In this document: positions 37,643 to 53,299 of the stretch, one piece after another
Position numbering within the stretch: position 1 is the stretch's first letter
Layout of the letters: every line of letters begins with the position of its first letter
From: Salpingoeca rosetta
Lineage: Eukaryota; Protista; Choanoflagellata
Reading direction: 5' to 3'
Assembly (NCBI GenBank): GCA_033442325.1
Contig: JAWQFM010000010.1
Coordinates: 1,664,293 to 1,728,292, forward strand
Length of the DNA: 64,000 nt
The notes under the pieces: model-generated
What the model was told of the DNA's origin: nothing
Database searches by the model: none
The model's input: the letters and a program-made list of their open reading frames with translations, nothing else
Translations under genes and position numbers: made by a program

Positions 37643-40039
37643 CTTTGCTGTGCTGGCGCTGAGAATGCGATGCTGTTTTCCTCTTGTCGCTGTTGTTGGT
37701 GTTGTTGTTGTTGTTGTTGCTGCTGCTGCTGGCTGGCTGGCTGGCTGGTGGTGTGTTGTTTTGAGCCTGGCTTACTTCTTGTTGTGGTGGCGGTGGTGTT
37801 CTTGAGTTGAGTGGTGCTCTCGAGAACGTTGATTGATTTGCGCAATGATGATGATGATGATGATGATGATGCTGGGTTCCTTGCGTTCAGTGCAGCAAGT
37901 GCGGGTGCGGGGTGCGGGGTGCGGGCGCTTTCTTGCGAGGGATGCTTGTGAGAGCGGGTGGTGATGTTGAGGTTGATGGTGATCGCGGAGAAAATGAACA
38001 CCATCATGCAGCAAGCATCAGCACATCACGGCGGGTGGCCCCCCAGGTTGCTGTTCGTGGTGCGGTGATGTTCTGGTGTTGTTGGGGCACGAGGAGGGGG
38101 CGGTGTGGTGACATTGTGGGGCCAGCTTGCGTGGTGGATGTTTGCTGTTTCGCTTTTGCTTCGTGGATGTGTTGGAGGGCGTTGGATGTGTTGGATGTGC
38201 TGCTGTGTTTTGTTGCAATGGCGTGTTGTGAGTTGACGTAAGGTCACACACACTCAATCAATCGATCAATCAATCGACACACGTGTGTGGGGGTGCTGTG
38301 TGGGTGCGGTGTTTGCTTTGCAGCAGCAGAAGAAACCAAACCAAAGCAACCGCAAAAGCAAAAAAGCTGGTTGCCTTTCTTCGCTTGACATGCGCCGTTT
38401 CAATGGAAGATGTGGCTAAACCTCAGCTGCATTGTGCAAGAAGGACAGTCACGACAAAGAAAGGAAACGAAACGCATCAGTCAGTGGGGACGACTTCTGC
38501 CTTTCTGCCTGCAATTGCATCTGCATGTGTGTGTGGTGCGATATGTTGCTTGTTCTGTGTTTGTTGCTCTTTGCTTGCATGCAGGCAGGCAGATTCACGT
38601 TTCAATGCTTCCCTTCTTGCTGCTGCTGCTGCTGGGGCGCAAAAGCAAGGCAAGGAAGCAAGGAGAGGGCAATCAAACTGCCGTTTCGGCGTTGCGTCAG
38701 TGCCGGCGTGCGTTTTCAGTGAACTGAAACAACACGTGGTGTTTGGTGTGTTGGTTTGCAGAAACAGCTGAAAACAGAGGCGAGAATCAAAACCTAGTCA
38801 CAGTCGTTGTGATTGTGGTTCTGCTGTCTGTTCCTTCTATCTATTCTCCTAAGTTCCTACTTCGTGTCCTTGTTTGCAGCAGGTCAAACCCAATCCAACC
38901 AGGCGAAACACCGCGCCCGCCAAAGACAGCGTCGTGAGACGGCACCTGCCGCTTTGCTGCCGCTTTCGCCCAGTTGCCTCGCACAATCACAGCAAGTCAA
39001 CGAACCAACACACTGTGTCGCGCGCACGTGTGTGTTGGTTGTGAGAAAAACTCCTGAACATCCGTGCTGTGCTGCGCTGCTGCCTTGCGTCGTGGCGTGT
39101 TTGGTGTTTGGTGTTTGAGGCTGCTGCTGCTTGCCTCATGGAAACCCCCAACGCACGATGAAGCACGATAGAGCAAGAGCCAGTGTTCGAGGCTGCAAGG
39201 GCTGCAAGAGGATGCTTATTCGGTTCCAGTCGGGTTGCCTTTGCCTTTTGTGTGTGCTGACATCCACATGTCAGCACAGCACAGCACAGCACAGCACAGC
39301 ACAGCCAGAGCGTCAGCGCAGGAGAGAAGGAGAGAGTCAAGGTGAACCTGTGAACTGTGTGTGTCGTTACCTGCTGCCTTGCTGCCTGCTGCTGGTGCGT
39401 GCATTGTGGGTAGAGTGGGTAAGGTGGTTGCACTGGGTAGATGTCGGGGTGTGCTTCTTCAAACCTGTTCGAGCTAGGCTTTTGTTTTGTCTCTATATCT
39501 CTGTGTGTGATCACTCGGTTTCCTCCAGGTCTGATATCATCACATGTGCACATACAAAGGTACAAGCAAGGGTGCACGCAGCTGCCTGCCGTAATTCAGC
39601 CGAAAGCAAATGCTCGGCAAATAGAAAGCAAGCTCAAAGCTACGAAGTTGAACGAGAATTCGAAAATAAGGGATAACGACAGCACTGCAACAGAGCACTG
39701 GTCAACGTCTGAAGGGTAAAGCGAACCCCGTCTGAGGGAGAGGAAATCAAAGTAGGTATGACAGTAACAAAACGGCGATGCTAGTGTTTGAAGTGTCAAC
39801 CGATTGAGCACACCAGCTACAGTGTGAAAATCATGATCCAGTGACACGGCTGCAGTTGTGGGCGATTGTTGGGTGCGCTAGTGGGTCAAAATTCTGCTTG
39901 AGCACGCGCGATGTTACAAAGGGGGCCAATCTCTGACATTCTAACAGACGGGCTACACGCAGGTAGAATGCTGGCCAAATTACACAGGCATGCGTTAAGT
40001 TGACATGTGAGCGAGCCGTGGATGGAATGAATGGCCAGA

Positions 40040-42300
<2,261 letters not shown>

Positions 42301-42452
42301 GGAAGCACATTGGGGTGAGACGGTGGGTAGGATGGAAGATGGAAGGCGCGAGCGGAACAAGCAAGGGGGGGGGGGAAGTTCGAGTGGGCAGGCCGATGGC
42401 ACTTTCGATTGGGTTTCAATTGACACTACCATTCTCGGTTCGATCTCAGGTG

Positions 42453-42490
<38 letters not shown>

Positions 42491-42967
42491 ACGTTGTCGG
42501 CGCGTTTTGCAGACACGCTGTTCACATGGCTTCAATACCTCAACACGTCTCACTCATAAGATCAAAGCACACAGGAGTGCACGAATCAAGTCAAGAGCCA
42601 TTGAGCGAATGAATACCTTGTGGCGGCAAATTGGGTGAGTACTTCGTCCCAGGACGTGGCTTGGAGCGTACGAAGGCACCGCCGATCCCGGCCGAGACAG
42701 TCCTTGACCTGGGCCTGGTTGTTCGCACAGCCCACCACGCGCACTTGCGCCATCTTGCTTGGTGGGTGTGGCTCTTGAAAACCCTGGCTTCTTGGTCAAT
42801 CGCGGCAACAAAGAGATGCAAGACAGAAAATTCTCTGTGTGACATTTGGTGTGAGGGTCTGGCTGCAATCATGTACATTGATCACAATGTGTTTTCTGCA
42901 CAAGATTCCATGCCAGCGTAACGCAGTCAGCAACAGGACACTGAGCGAATAAGCGGGCAGTGCAACG

Positions 42968-43656
42968 ATGACGATGAAGACGATCGAGAACAAGACGAGC
43001 AAGCTGTTGCGGATCAACCTGAACGAGGAGGATCGCCAGCCCATCGTGTTCTCACACTGCAAGGACTGCACCATCCATGTATGCAGAAGGAGGGGGGTGG
43101 AGGGCCGTCCAAGGCAGAAGGCTTCTCTTCCTTCCTTGCTAGCTTGTCTGTTTGGTAGTTGTCGTGCACCCGCGCTAGGTTCTCAGGTTGGTGAACGGCA
43201 GACTCGCACGTCATCGCACACGTGCAGACACTGGCTTGTGACTTGTTTTCTAACCTCGTCCTTTCCTCCTCCGCTGTTCTGCGTGCGGATGCCAGGTCCT
43301 GTTTGAGTTCACCACGGGCCCAAACATCACCAAAGAGTACGAAGAGTGGTGCAAGCTTCCAAAGGCCGAGAGGCCAATGCAGCAGATCATCTTCGACAGC
43401 TGTGAAGGCATGAAAGGTGTGTGGCATGTTGAAGCCGAGCTTGCTGCAGAGCACGAAGTAGACGCCTGTTGTGCACTTTTCCACGAGTGTGTACGCCCGT
43501 GCTTGCTTGTGCGGCGCCTTGGGCGCATGACAGGCTCCTACTGCTGCACTGCGCCGACTGCCTGATGTACATAGTGTTGTGTGCGCACATTTCACGTGCA
43601 TTATTGTGTGTGCGCACGTCTCACCCATCTCCAACACCATCGCCCACACACGCACA

Positions 43657-43698
<42 letters not shown>

Positions 43699-44287
43699 AC
43701 ACCCACAAACAAACAAACACACACACCCACACACACCCACAAACAAACAAACACACACACACTTCCACTTGACCATGTGATTGTGTATGTGGCTTTGCTC
43801 ACTCGCCATACACTCGGCAGTGAACGAGCACACATCAGTGGATACGCTGTTTGTGTTCAACGACTGCAAAAGCTGCACGTTTGTGAGCGAAACGTGCGAC
43901 CAAGCCCTGGATTTGTATCGCTGTGTGGATATGGAGTGCAAAGCCATCCTGATTAAACAATTCAGGTGCGTATGATCTGAATAGACTCGCAGTGATGTGA
44001 TACGCCACGCGTTGTTGGTGTCCACTTCATCGCTCTCATGCCATTACCTGACTCGCATTTCATTGTGTGGTTGTCTGATCTTGGACAGGCTGCTCCAGTG
44101 TCGAAATGTGGTGCTGGCCTGCAACAATGAGTGCGACATTGTCTCTCTGCACAATGAGACGGAGCCCGCCATCACACGCCGCTTCCATGTTGGCCGCACG
44201 GTTGCGTCTGTTGAGAGCTACAAGAAGGCAAAAGCAGCCCTCCACCTTGAGGGCTTTAAGACGGCAGATGACCAGCGATACGCGTGA
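42968..44287 (+). CDS. Small C-CAP/cofactor-C-like beta-helix protein, 4 exons
   Basis: Repeated hydrophobic-x-x-x-C-x-x-C/M pattern: IVFSHCKDCTIHV, IIFDSCEGMK, FVFNDCKSCTFV, LDLYRCVDMEC, LLQCRNVVL. Ends DDQRYA*. Confidence 0.6.
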
Positions 44288-44757
44288 CGCATGCCTGCAC
44301 CTTGTTCGTGTTTGTGTTCAAATATGTTGCTGTCGTGATGTGATACCCAGCATTCAGCGTTCCTGGAGTACGTGGTGCTGGAAGTATCGTCGCTCTCATT
44401 TCGTTTGCACCTGCAGGCCATGTGCGCTGGCACTTTCTGTCAGACAACCCACGCATGCACACCCTGATCTCACCATCATTACCCCCATAAACGTTCGCGT
44501 ATTTAATGGCTGCCTTCACTTCACATTTGCATGTGGCACAGAGGGGGGCAGAGAGGGTGCATGTGTGTATGTGTGGTTGTGTGTGTTTGCGCGCGTGCGC
44601 GTGTGTGTGAATGTGTGTTTGTTTGTGTTTGTTTGTGTTTGTTTGTGTGAATGTGTGTGTGTGTGTGTGCGGGAGGTTGCAGTTACTGTGAGAAGCATGA
44701 AGCAGAGAGGTAAAGGAAAGGTAGCAGCAGTGCAACACGCCAGCTCGCTGATCAAAG

Positions 44758-44812
<55 letters not shown>

Positions 44813-44948
44813 ACGCGCGTGGAAGCGAGGTCCAACGCAAAACGCAAAGGGGGAACGACGAGGGATAATGTCCAAGCTGCGAATCGGAGCTGGGCGCCGG
44901 CGTGTCCACGTGTCTTGTGCGTAATGCGCACGATCCTTTTAGCCGCGC

Positions 44949-45498
44949 TCACTGTTGTGTAGTTTCGCCAAATTGCTTGCCCATATCCAGAAGGACATAC
45001 TTGAGCTCTTCGTACTCGGCCATGCCATACCTGGACCCTTCCCGCCCCATGCCAGACTCCTTCACGCCGCCAAAAGGCGCCACCTCCGTGCTGATGATGC
45101 CCGTGTTCACACCAACCATCCCATACTCAAGCAGCTGCACACACGTGGTCGTGTGTGTGTATGTGTGTGTGTGTGTGTGTGTGCGTGTGTGTGCGTGTGT
45201 GCGTGTGTGTGTGCGTGTGTTTGTGTGTGCGTGTGTGTATGTGTGTATGTGTATGTGTGTATGTGTATGTGTGTATGTGTATGTGTGTGTGGAAGGGGGT
45301 ACGGATATGAGGTGAGAAATGAGGTGCAAGGGAAACGTGAAGTACTCAGAGTGACGAACGCAGAGGTAATGCACATAACACGCACGCACGCACATGCACG
45401 TGCCTCCAAGGAGGCAACGGGAGTGTTTGGCTCACCTCTGCAGTCTTCCAGATGCGGCGCAGATCTTGCGAGTAAAAGTACGCGACCAGGCCTTGGGG

Positions 45499-45597
<99 letters not shown>

Positions 45598-46004
45598 GAA
45601 AGAACAAAGGTCGTGGTGATGGCGGTCGTGGTGAGCACGCATGTATGCGTTACAGAACCGATGTCACATGAACGAATGAATGACATGCAGACAGACAGAC
45701 AGACACAGCATATTTCCACGGCAGTAGCAACAGCAGCAACAGCAGCAGCGGGAGTGTTGATGTACATACCTGCGTGTGTGCTGTTTGCCATGCGCACAAT
45801 GTCGTCGTCTGACGTGAACTTGGAGACGGCGGCGATGGGGCCAAAGATCTCCTCACAGAAGAGCTGACGCCGATCGTGTGTGTGTGTATGTGTGTGTGTG
45901 TGTGTGTGTTGGGGGCAGAGTGGGGTGTAAATTGTCATGTGCAACCACGTGGATGTGTAAGTGTGTGTGTGTGTGCTGAACAGAACGCACAGGCACGCAC
46001 GCAG

Positions 46005-46043
<39 letters not shown>

Positions 46044-46058
46044 CGCGCGCACACACAG

Positions 46059-46099
<41 letters not shown>

Positions 46100-46544
46100 C
46101 ACATGCGCGACCAGGTGTACCTGTGACTGGGCCTTGACGTCTGCAACAAGTGTCGGGTAGAAGAAGTTGCCACCAAGCGGATGTTTCATCCCTCCAGCCA
46201 AAATCTGCACGACGCGCATTTGTGAACGTGGATGCGAACACGTGCGTATGCGTGTGTGTGCACACAGTCTACCACATGTGGTGATGGTGGGGTCACTCGA
46301 GCCAACGCATGCAAGCGACAACAATCATCGCCATGACCACCACCACTAGGGCGGTATGTGCACTTACGCGAGCGCCGTGTCGCTGGGCATCGATGACAAG
46401 ACGCGTCACATTCCGCACCGCCGCCTCATTGATCAGCGGACCCTGACCGCACACACACGCACACACACACATGAGGTGGATGTGACGTGAGTGAGCATAT
46501 GTCGACGGTCTCGGGCAATGTGTGTGTGTGTGTGTGAGCGAGCG

Positions 46545-46599
<55 letters not shown>

Positions 46600-47777
46600 T
46601 GTGTGTGTGTGTGTGTGTGTGCAACAAAGCTAGAAAGACAGACACGCACACACACATACACGCACACACATACACACATACACACATACGCACATGTGCA
46701 AACGTACAATGGCGACGCCGTCTTTGAAGCCGTCACCGACAGGCAACTTCTCAATTTCCCGCTGAAATCACACACCAGCACACGCACGGCAGTGAACAGA
46801 TGGCGAAGGGGGGGGGCAAACAGGTGACAGTAGGCAGAGCAGTTCAGACCGCACACACTGTGCCGAGGTGGGTGTTTGTTTGCGTTTGGATGCGAGTACG
46901 CATGGGAGATGGCGCGTGCAGGTGGACGCGGGGTCCGGACCTTGAGTTTCGTCATGAACTCGTCGTACACGCCGCTCTGCACGAAGAAGCGATTTGCACA
47001 CACGCACGTCTGCCCGGCATTGCGGAACTGGCGTGACGAAGACACAAGCGAGGAAGGGACAGACGGAGGTGAGAGGGGTTATCGGAGGAGGGTGCAAGTG
47101 CGACATCACAAAGCAAGCCCAGTCAGTAAGGTCGCAAGAGCAAAGGAGCAAACAAAGCACTGCAACCAAATACTCTCAGCAACACAACGCATGCATACCA
47201 TGCATGATCCACACAACCACATGCGCACACAACCACGCGAACACACGAGCACAAGATTACATGCGGTCTCTCAAGGACGCCACCTTGCTTGCAATGGCGC
47301 CGCTCACAGCCGCGTCGATGTCTGCATCGTCAAAGACAATGAACGGGGCGTTACCACCGAGCTCCATCGAAACGCGTTTGACGTTGTTGGCGGCCAGGCC
47401 AAGCAGCTGCTTGCCAACAGCGGTCGACCCCGTGAACGAGAGCTTGGACACCTTGGGGTTGGTGGCAAGCTCCTGAACGTGCGGAATTGGAGGGAGCAGA
47501 TGAGATGGCGAGGGCGGTGAGGGTGTTTGGTTGTTGTGATGGTGAGTTGGTGCGTGGTAACGGTGGTGGCGAGGAGGGGGTCAATGTGATCTGTTGTTTT
47601 GATGTGATGGGATGGTGGCAAGCGATGGTATCACTGACATCTAGCGGAGTGCCAGACAGACACAGTCACGTACAACACCACGCACGCACATACGCGTGAA
47701 CACACACACAGACACACACACACACACACACTCGCATACACACACGCATACACACACGCACGCACACACACACACAC

Positions 47778-47855
<78 letters not shown>

Positions 47856-48102
47856 CACCACATTCAGCAACTGACCTTGCCGACGGTTGGGCTTGTTTCG
47901 TGCGACGCGGTGATGACTGGGAGGACGTCCTCAGGAATGCCGGCCTGATACGCAAGCTCAGCCATCGCCTGCACACATGCACGTGAAAGGGGGGTTAAGG
48001 GGGGGGGGGCACGCGTGCATGCACATGAAGCACGAATGTGGGGCGTGAAGGCAATTGAGCGTGAGGATTGACTTCCAACGCGTTCTGCGCCATCACAACA
48101 CA

Positions 48103-48160
<58 letters not shown>

Positions 48161-49129
48161 TGCAAGCACACACACACACACACAACCATGCACACAAATG
48201 CACAACCATGCACGCACCAGGGCAGTGAGCGGAGTCTCTGCGGAGGGCTTGACAATCATGGTGCAGCCTGCAGCCAGGGCGGCGCCGGCTTTGCGCGTGA
48301 TCATGGCCAGCGGGAAGTTCCACGGCGTGATGCACGCTGCCTGCAGGCAATGTACGCCAGGGCGTGCGGAGCGTGGCGTGAGCAGGCGGATGGTGTCGAG
48401 TCTGAGCATCAAGCTATCCATGCTGCGAAGACTCAGCTTGTTAAGCCCATGAGTACGTGCACACACACGCACAAACACACACATGCACACACACACGTAA
48501 TGCAAAGGAGAGCAAAACGAGCACACAAAGATGCGGTCGTATGTGGTGTGCGTGTGCGTGTGCGTGTGTGTTCCGGCTTACCACGCCGACGGGCTGCTTC
48601 CAGACCATGATGCGCTGGTTTGGAGCCATGGGAGGATGCACATCTCCATACGAGCGAATGGCTTCCTCCGCAAACCAATACACAAACGACGTGCCTGTAG
48701 GGACAGTGCATCCAAACACACACGCGCGCGCATGAATGTGAGTCGGAGAAGGTCGAGACAAACGGGAAGGCAAAGAGGCAGGGGAACCATGCACCTGACG
48801 TGAAAGCAGGAGCCCGAGACACGAGCATGCTGTGAAGTGAAGGTGATGTGGACGCCCAATTGATGCAGCAGGAATATGATGTGACACAGCTCCATCACTC
48901 ACCATAAGTGACTTCTCCACGAGCCTCAGCGAGAGGCTTTCCCTGCTCCAGCGTCATGACCCCAGCGAGGTAATCTGTGTTTGTGGTATTGAGTGCAAAA
49001 CACCGCAGATGCGTTTCATGTCATGTCACAGGTCACGATGACAATGTTGAATGCAGACGTGCATGCTTCGCGGACAGGGCTGGATAGACCATCCATACTC
49101 GCACACGCATGAACACTCACGTACGCGAG

Positions 49130-49192
<63 letters not shown>

Positions 49193-49484
49193 ATGAACAC
49201 TCATACTCGCATGAACCGTAGGTGAACCGTTCATCTGACCTGTGTTGTGTGTGAGTAGATCAGCCCATTTGCGCAAGAGCTGGCTGCGCTCCCGCGCTGT
49301 CTTGTGTCGCCAGGAACTGAATGCATGCAAGGACCTGTCGATGATGTTGCGGGTCTGCTCCAGGCTTGAGTCTGGGACGTGGGCCAGGGACTCCTGTGTT
49401 GATGGGTTGAACACCGTGAAGGTGTGTGGCTGCGGCTCTGAGAACACAGTTGGATGCATCGAGGGCCTCAAACGAAAAGCAGGC

Positions 49485-49555
<71 letters not shown>

Positions 49556-49795
49556 TTGTTGCTGTTGTTGTGCTTCTTTGTCTGTCACGTTGACTGTGCC
49601 AGAAGCCGTGTGGCTGTCGCTGTTGTTGTCGCTGTTGTTGTCGCTGTTGTTGTTGTTGTTGTCACTGTCACTGCCGCCTTGTTTGTGGGCGGTGCTTGCA
49701 GCGTGCAGTAGGCGTGCAGGGCGGCCAGCACACACCTTGTGGCTGGCTGCAACCCGCTGCAGCACCGCTCGAGCGGTCATCATCGTCATCATCAT
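44949..49795 (-). CDS. ALDH5A1: Mitochondrial succinate-semialdehyde dehydrogenase, multi-exon
   Basis: [73 protein letters not shown], catalytic [35 protein letters not shown]. Arg/Ala-rich N-terminal presequence. Confidence 0.95.
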
Positions 49796-49894
49796 CTCGC
49801 AAGCAAGCAAGGGAAATGCATTTTATGCTGTCGAAATCCGCCTCTCTCAAACCAACCAATCCAACCAATCCACGTGCACAGCACAACAGCCAAG
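49796..49894. promoter_or_regulatory. Very short divergent intergenic region with tandem CCAAT boxes
   Basis: 99 bp lie between the SSADH ATG (49795, -) and the WDR12-like ATG (49895, +). CCAAT occurs at 49856 and 49865. Confidence 0.55.
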
Positions 49895-51064
49895 ATGGCA
49901 GCGAGGGAGCTGAGGATATCGCTCACAACACAGCTCAGCAAGTGCGTATGATCCCGCATATAGGGAATGGCCAACCACCTGTGTGTGTGTGTGTGTGTGT
50001 GTTGGATTGTTGGATGTTCTTGGGTGGACTGCTAACTCACTTCTCACTTCTCACTTCTCACTTCTCACTTCTCACTTCTCACTTCTCACTTCTCACTTCT
50101 CACTTCATGCGTTCCACGCGCAGCTATGAGGTTGACGCTGGGACCCTGACTGTACCGGGCAGCGCCACCCGCGCACAGCTCAGCAAGCTCGTGAACGAGC
50201 TGCTTGACAGAGGTGACGAACGAACGGCTTGTACTCCGGTGTGCGTGTGTACATGTGCCTGTGGTGATGTGTGTGTGTGACATGACATGTCGAGCGAGAG
50301 AAGGAGAAGGAGAGAGAGTGTGTGCGTGTGTGTATGTGTGTGTGTGTGTGCGTGCGTTCGGTGCTTGCTGGTATCGCCACAGGACTGCGCCCACACTGCG
50401 CTACAGTCCGTGTACGGTGTTTCACTGTGGCCCATGTTTGGAGTCGCTGACCTTGTGTGTGTGTGTTGTGTTGATTTGAATCTTGTTGGGGTACAACAGA
50501 GAAGCCATTGCCGTTTGACTTTATCGTCAACGAGCAGTTCCTTCGCAGCACACTGGCAGACGTTGTCCAAGAGCACAACCTGCAAGCGGTGAGTTCCTCC
50601 CCCCCCCCTTGACCACCGTTGGGCCCACAGATACACAATTCATCATGCATGCACGGCATTGCGTGTTCGCACACACAATACAACTCGCATAGCCCATGAC
50701 AGTTTCAGCTTCCACCCGGCAGTCGCTCACCTTGGCGTTCAATCGCATGCACACACTGTATCTCATGCACACGCTCACGCTTCCTTCCATACACACACGC
50801 ACGATGTATTCTCTCTGCTGGCAGGAGGAAGAGCTGTCTGTGGAGTATGTGTTGGCGCTGCTGCCACCGCAGCCACAGGCCACGGCCAGCGAATGTTGCG
50901 GTGGCTGTTGCTTTTGCACTGGGCGAACACGCACACGAACGCGAACGCACGAGTGGTCTCTATCCCTCGTTTCTTTGCCACGTGGGCCCTTGGCCTCCAC
51001 GCTGGTGCTGTGGTCCTGCTGTTGTGGTGGTGGTGGTGATGGGGTTGCTGGTAATGGTTCGTAA
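49895..51064 (+). CDS. WDR12/Ytm1-like N-terminal NLE (ubiquitin-like) domain; WD40 propeller missing (truncated gene, pseudogene or misassembly)
   Basis: Four exons: MAARELRISLTTQLSK|YEVDAGTLTVPGSATRAQLSKLVNELLDR|EKPLPFDFIVNEQFLRSTLADVVQEHNLQA|EEELSVEYVLALLPPQP. This matches the Ytm1/WDR12 NLE pattern (LSxLVNxLL, PFDFLI, LRxxL, ExxLxxEY, PP). Confidence 0.7.
50036..50105 (+). repeat. (CTCACTT)x10 heptamer tandem repeat near the 3' end of WDR12-like intron 1
   Basis: Ten perfect copies, read directly from the sequence. Confidence 0.9.
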
Positions 51065-51131
51065 TCCGTGCATCTGCTTGCTGTCCGCGCCTACGACGAA
51101 CCGTGCAGGGCTCTGAGTCACTGGTTCCGAT

Positions 51132-51222
<91 letters not shown>

Positions 51223-51614
51223 CGCACACATCCAGTGTCCACCACCACCACCACCACCAACACCACCACCACGGTTCACCATCCAAACTCGGAATCAAGC
51301 AATCAAGTGAAACCTTTTTTGGCGTGCTTCATGTGTGCGTTTGTGTGTTGCCGTTGTACGAGTGTTCCTGTCGACGGATCCAACCAAAGCAACCCTCTTC
51401 TTGTTGCAGCTAATGATGATGATGTTGATGTTTCATCGACCTCACACTCATTCACCCGTTCGCATCGCATCACCTCAAACTCACACACACACACACGCAC
51501 GCACGCACCCCTTGCTGGTTCCTGCACGCCCTACGCTCCCCTTCGCAGCCTCCTTCCTTCCTTTCCTTCCTTTTCCTTCCTCCTCCTCTCCCCTTCTGAG
51601 CCATCAACGGCACG

Positions 51615-53207
51615 ATGCAGGACGAGACGCGTGCATATGTGACGCTGGCACTCAATGAGAAGTATGTCATTGGCGCCCTTGTCCTCGCCCACTCCTTGCA
51701 CCAAACGCGCACCAACAAGCGCCTTGTCTGCTTGGTGGGACCAGACATCACCGACGAGCGAAAGTACGTCGTGTGTGTGTTTGGTTGTGGATGTGTGTGT
51801 GTTTGGTTGCGGATGTGGACGTGTGTGTGTGTTGATGTGGATGTGGATGTGGATGTGTTTGAATGGTTCGTTCACTTGCTTGCTAGCGTGCCCTGCCCTG
51901 TGTCTGGCACGACTCTTGTCCTGCTGCGACGACTTGTTGTGTCTTGCACTGTCTGCTTATCAGTCAACTGGGATGAAACACCATCATCGTGCGCATGCCC
52001 CTTCCAACCAAACACAATCACACACACACACACACACGTGATGCCGTTGACTCATCTCCTCACCGCTGCGCTCCCCCCCCTGCTGCGCATACAGGATGCA
52101 GATGCTGGATGTCTTTGACGACGTGGTTGACGTGTCGCTGTACAGCAGCGGTGACGTTTCGCGCCTTGAACTGCTGCAGCGGCCGGAGCTCGGTGTCACC
52201 TTCACCAAGATCCAGGCCTGGCGCCTGGAGCGTTACGAGAAGTGCGTCTTCCTGGACGCTGACACCATCGTGCTGCAGAACATTGACGATCTGTTTGACC
52301 GGCCCGAATTCGCTGCTGCGCCCGACATTGGCTGGCCAGACTGCTTCAACTCTGGCGTCTTCGTCTTCAAGCCGTCGCACGAGACCTTCAGCGCGCTGTC
52401 AAAGCTAGCCAACGAGAAGGGCAGCTTCGATGGTACGCAACAGCGCACTCAAGCACACTCAAACACACTCAAACACACTCAATCACACGCAACAAGCACA
52501 AGCTATCCAACAACACAAGATACCACAAGCTATCCATACCACCCCCCCCCCACACACACACCACAATCTCACGATGCCCTGCGTTGCTGCTTCCTGCCCA
52601 TATGACGTCACGACAGGCGGCGACCAAGGGCTGCTCAACCAGTACTTCTCAAGCTGGCGGACGCAGGGACCCGAGCATCGTCTCCCCTTTACCGACAACA
52701 TGACCGCAAACGCCGCGTAAGTGCATGTACAATGCATGTGCGTTTGTTGCGGTGTGTTGTACGTGTGCTCTGTGCGTGTTGTGCGGTGTTTTGTGCTGTG
52801 CGTGCTGTATGGTGTCGCATGTTGTGTGTTGTGTGTCGCATGTTGCGTGTCGTGTGTTGTGTATCGTGTATCGTGTGCGACAGCTCTTGTCCCCGTGATG
52901 CTGGGATTTGCCTTCCTTCTCAAATCCTTTCTCATTCGTCTTGAAACTCACGTGTTCATGCACCCCTTGCATGCCCCGTCTCACACGTTGCGTCGCTTGT
53001 GCACACGTTACCAGTTACGGGTATGCGCCGGCCTTTGAGCGCTTCAGGGATCGCATTCGCGTCGTGCACTTCATCGGTGCACACAAGCCCTGGATGGGCG
53101 CGCCCCCGCAAAGTAAGTGCTGACGACTCAACACCAGCGCACGTATTGCATATGTGTGCTATTGCCCCACTTGCAAGTTGCCCATTTTATCGTCCTACGC
53201 ACATACC

Positions 53208-53299
<92 letters not shown>

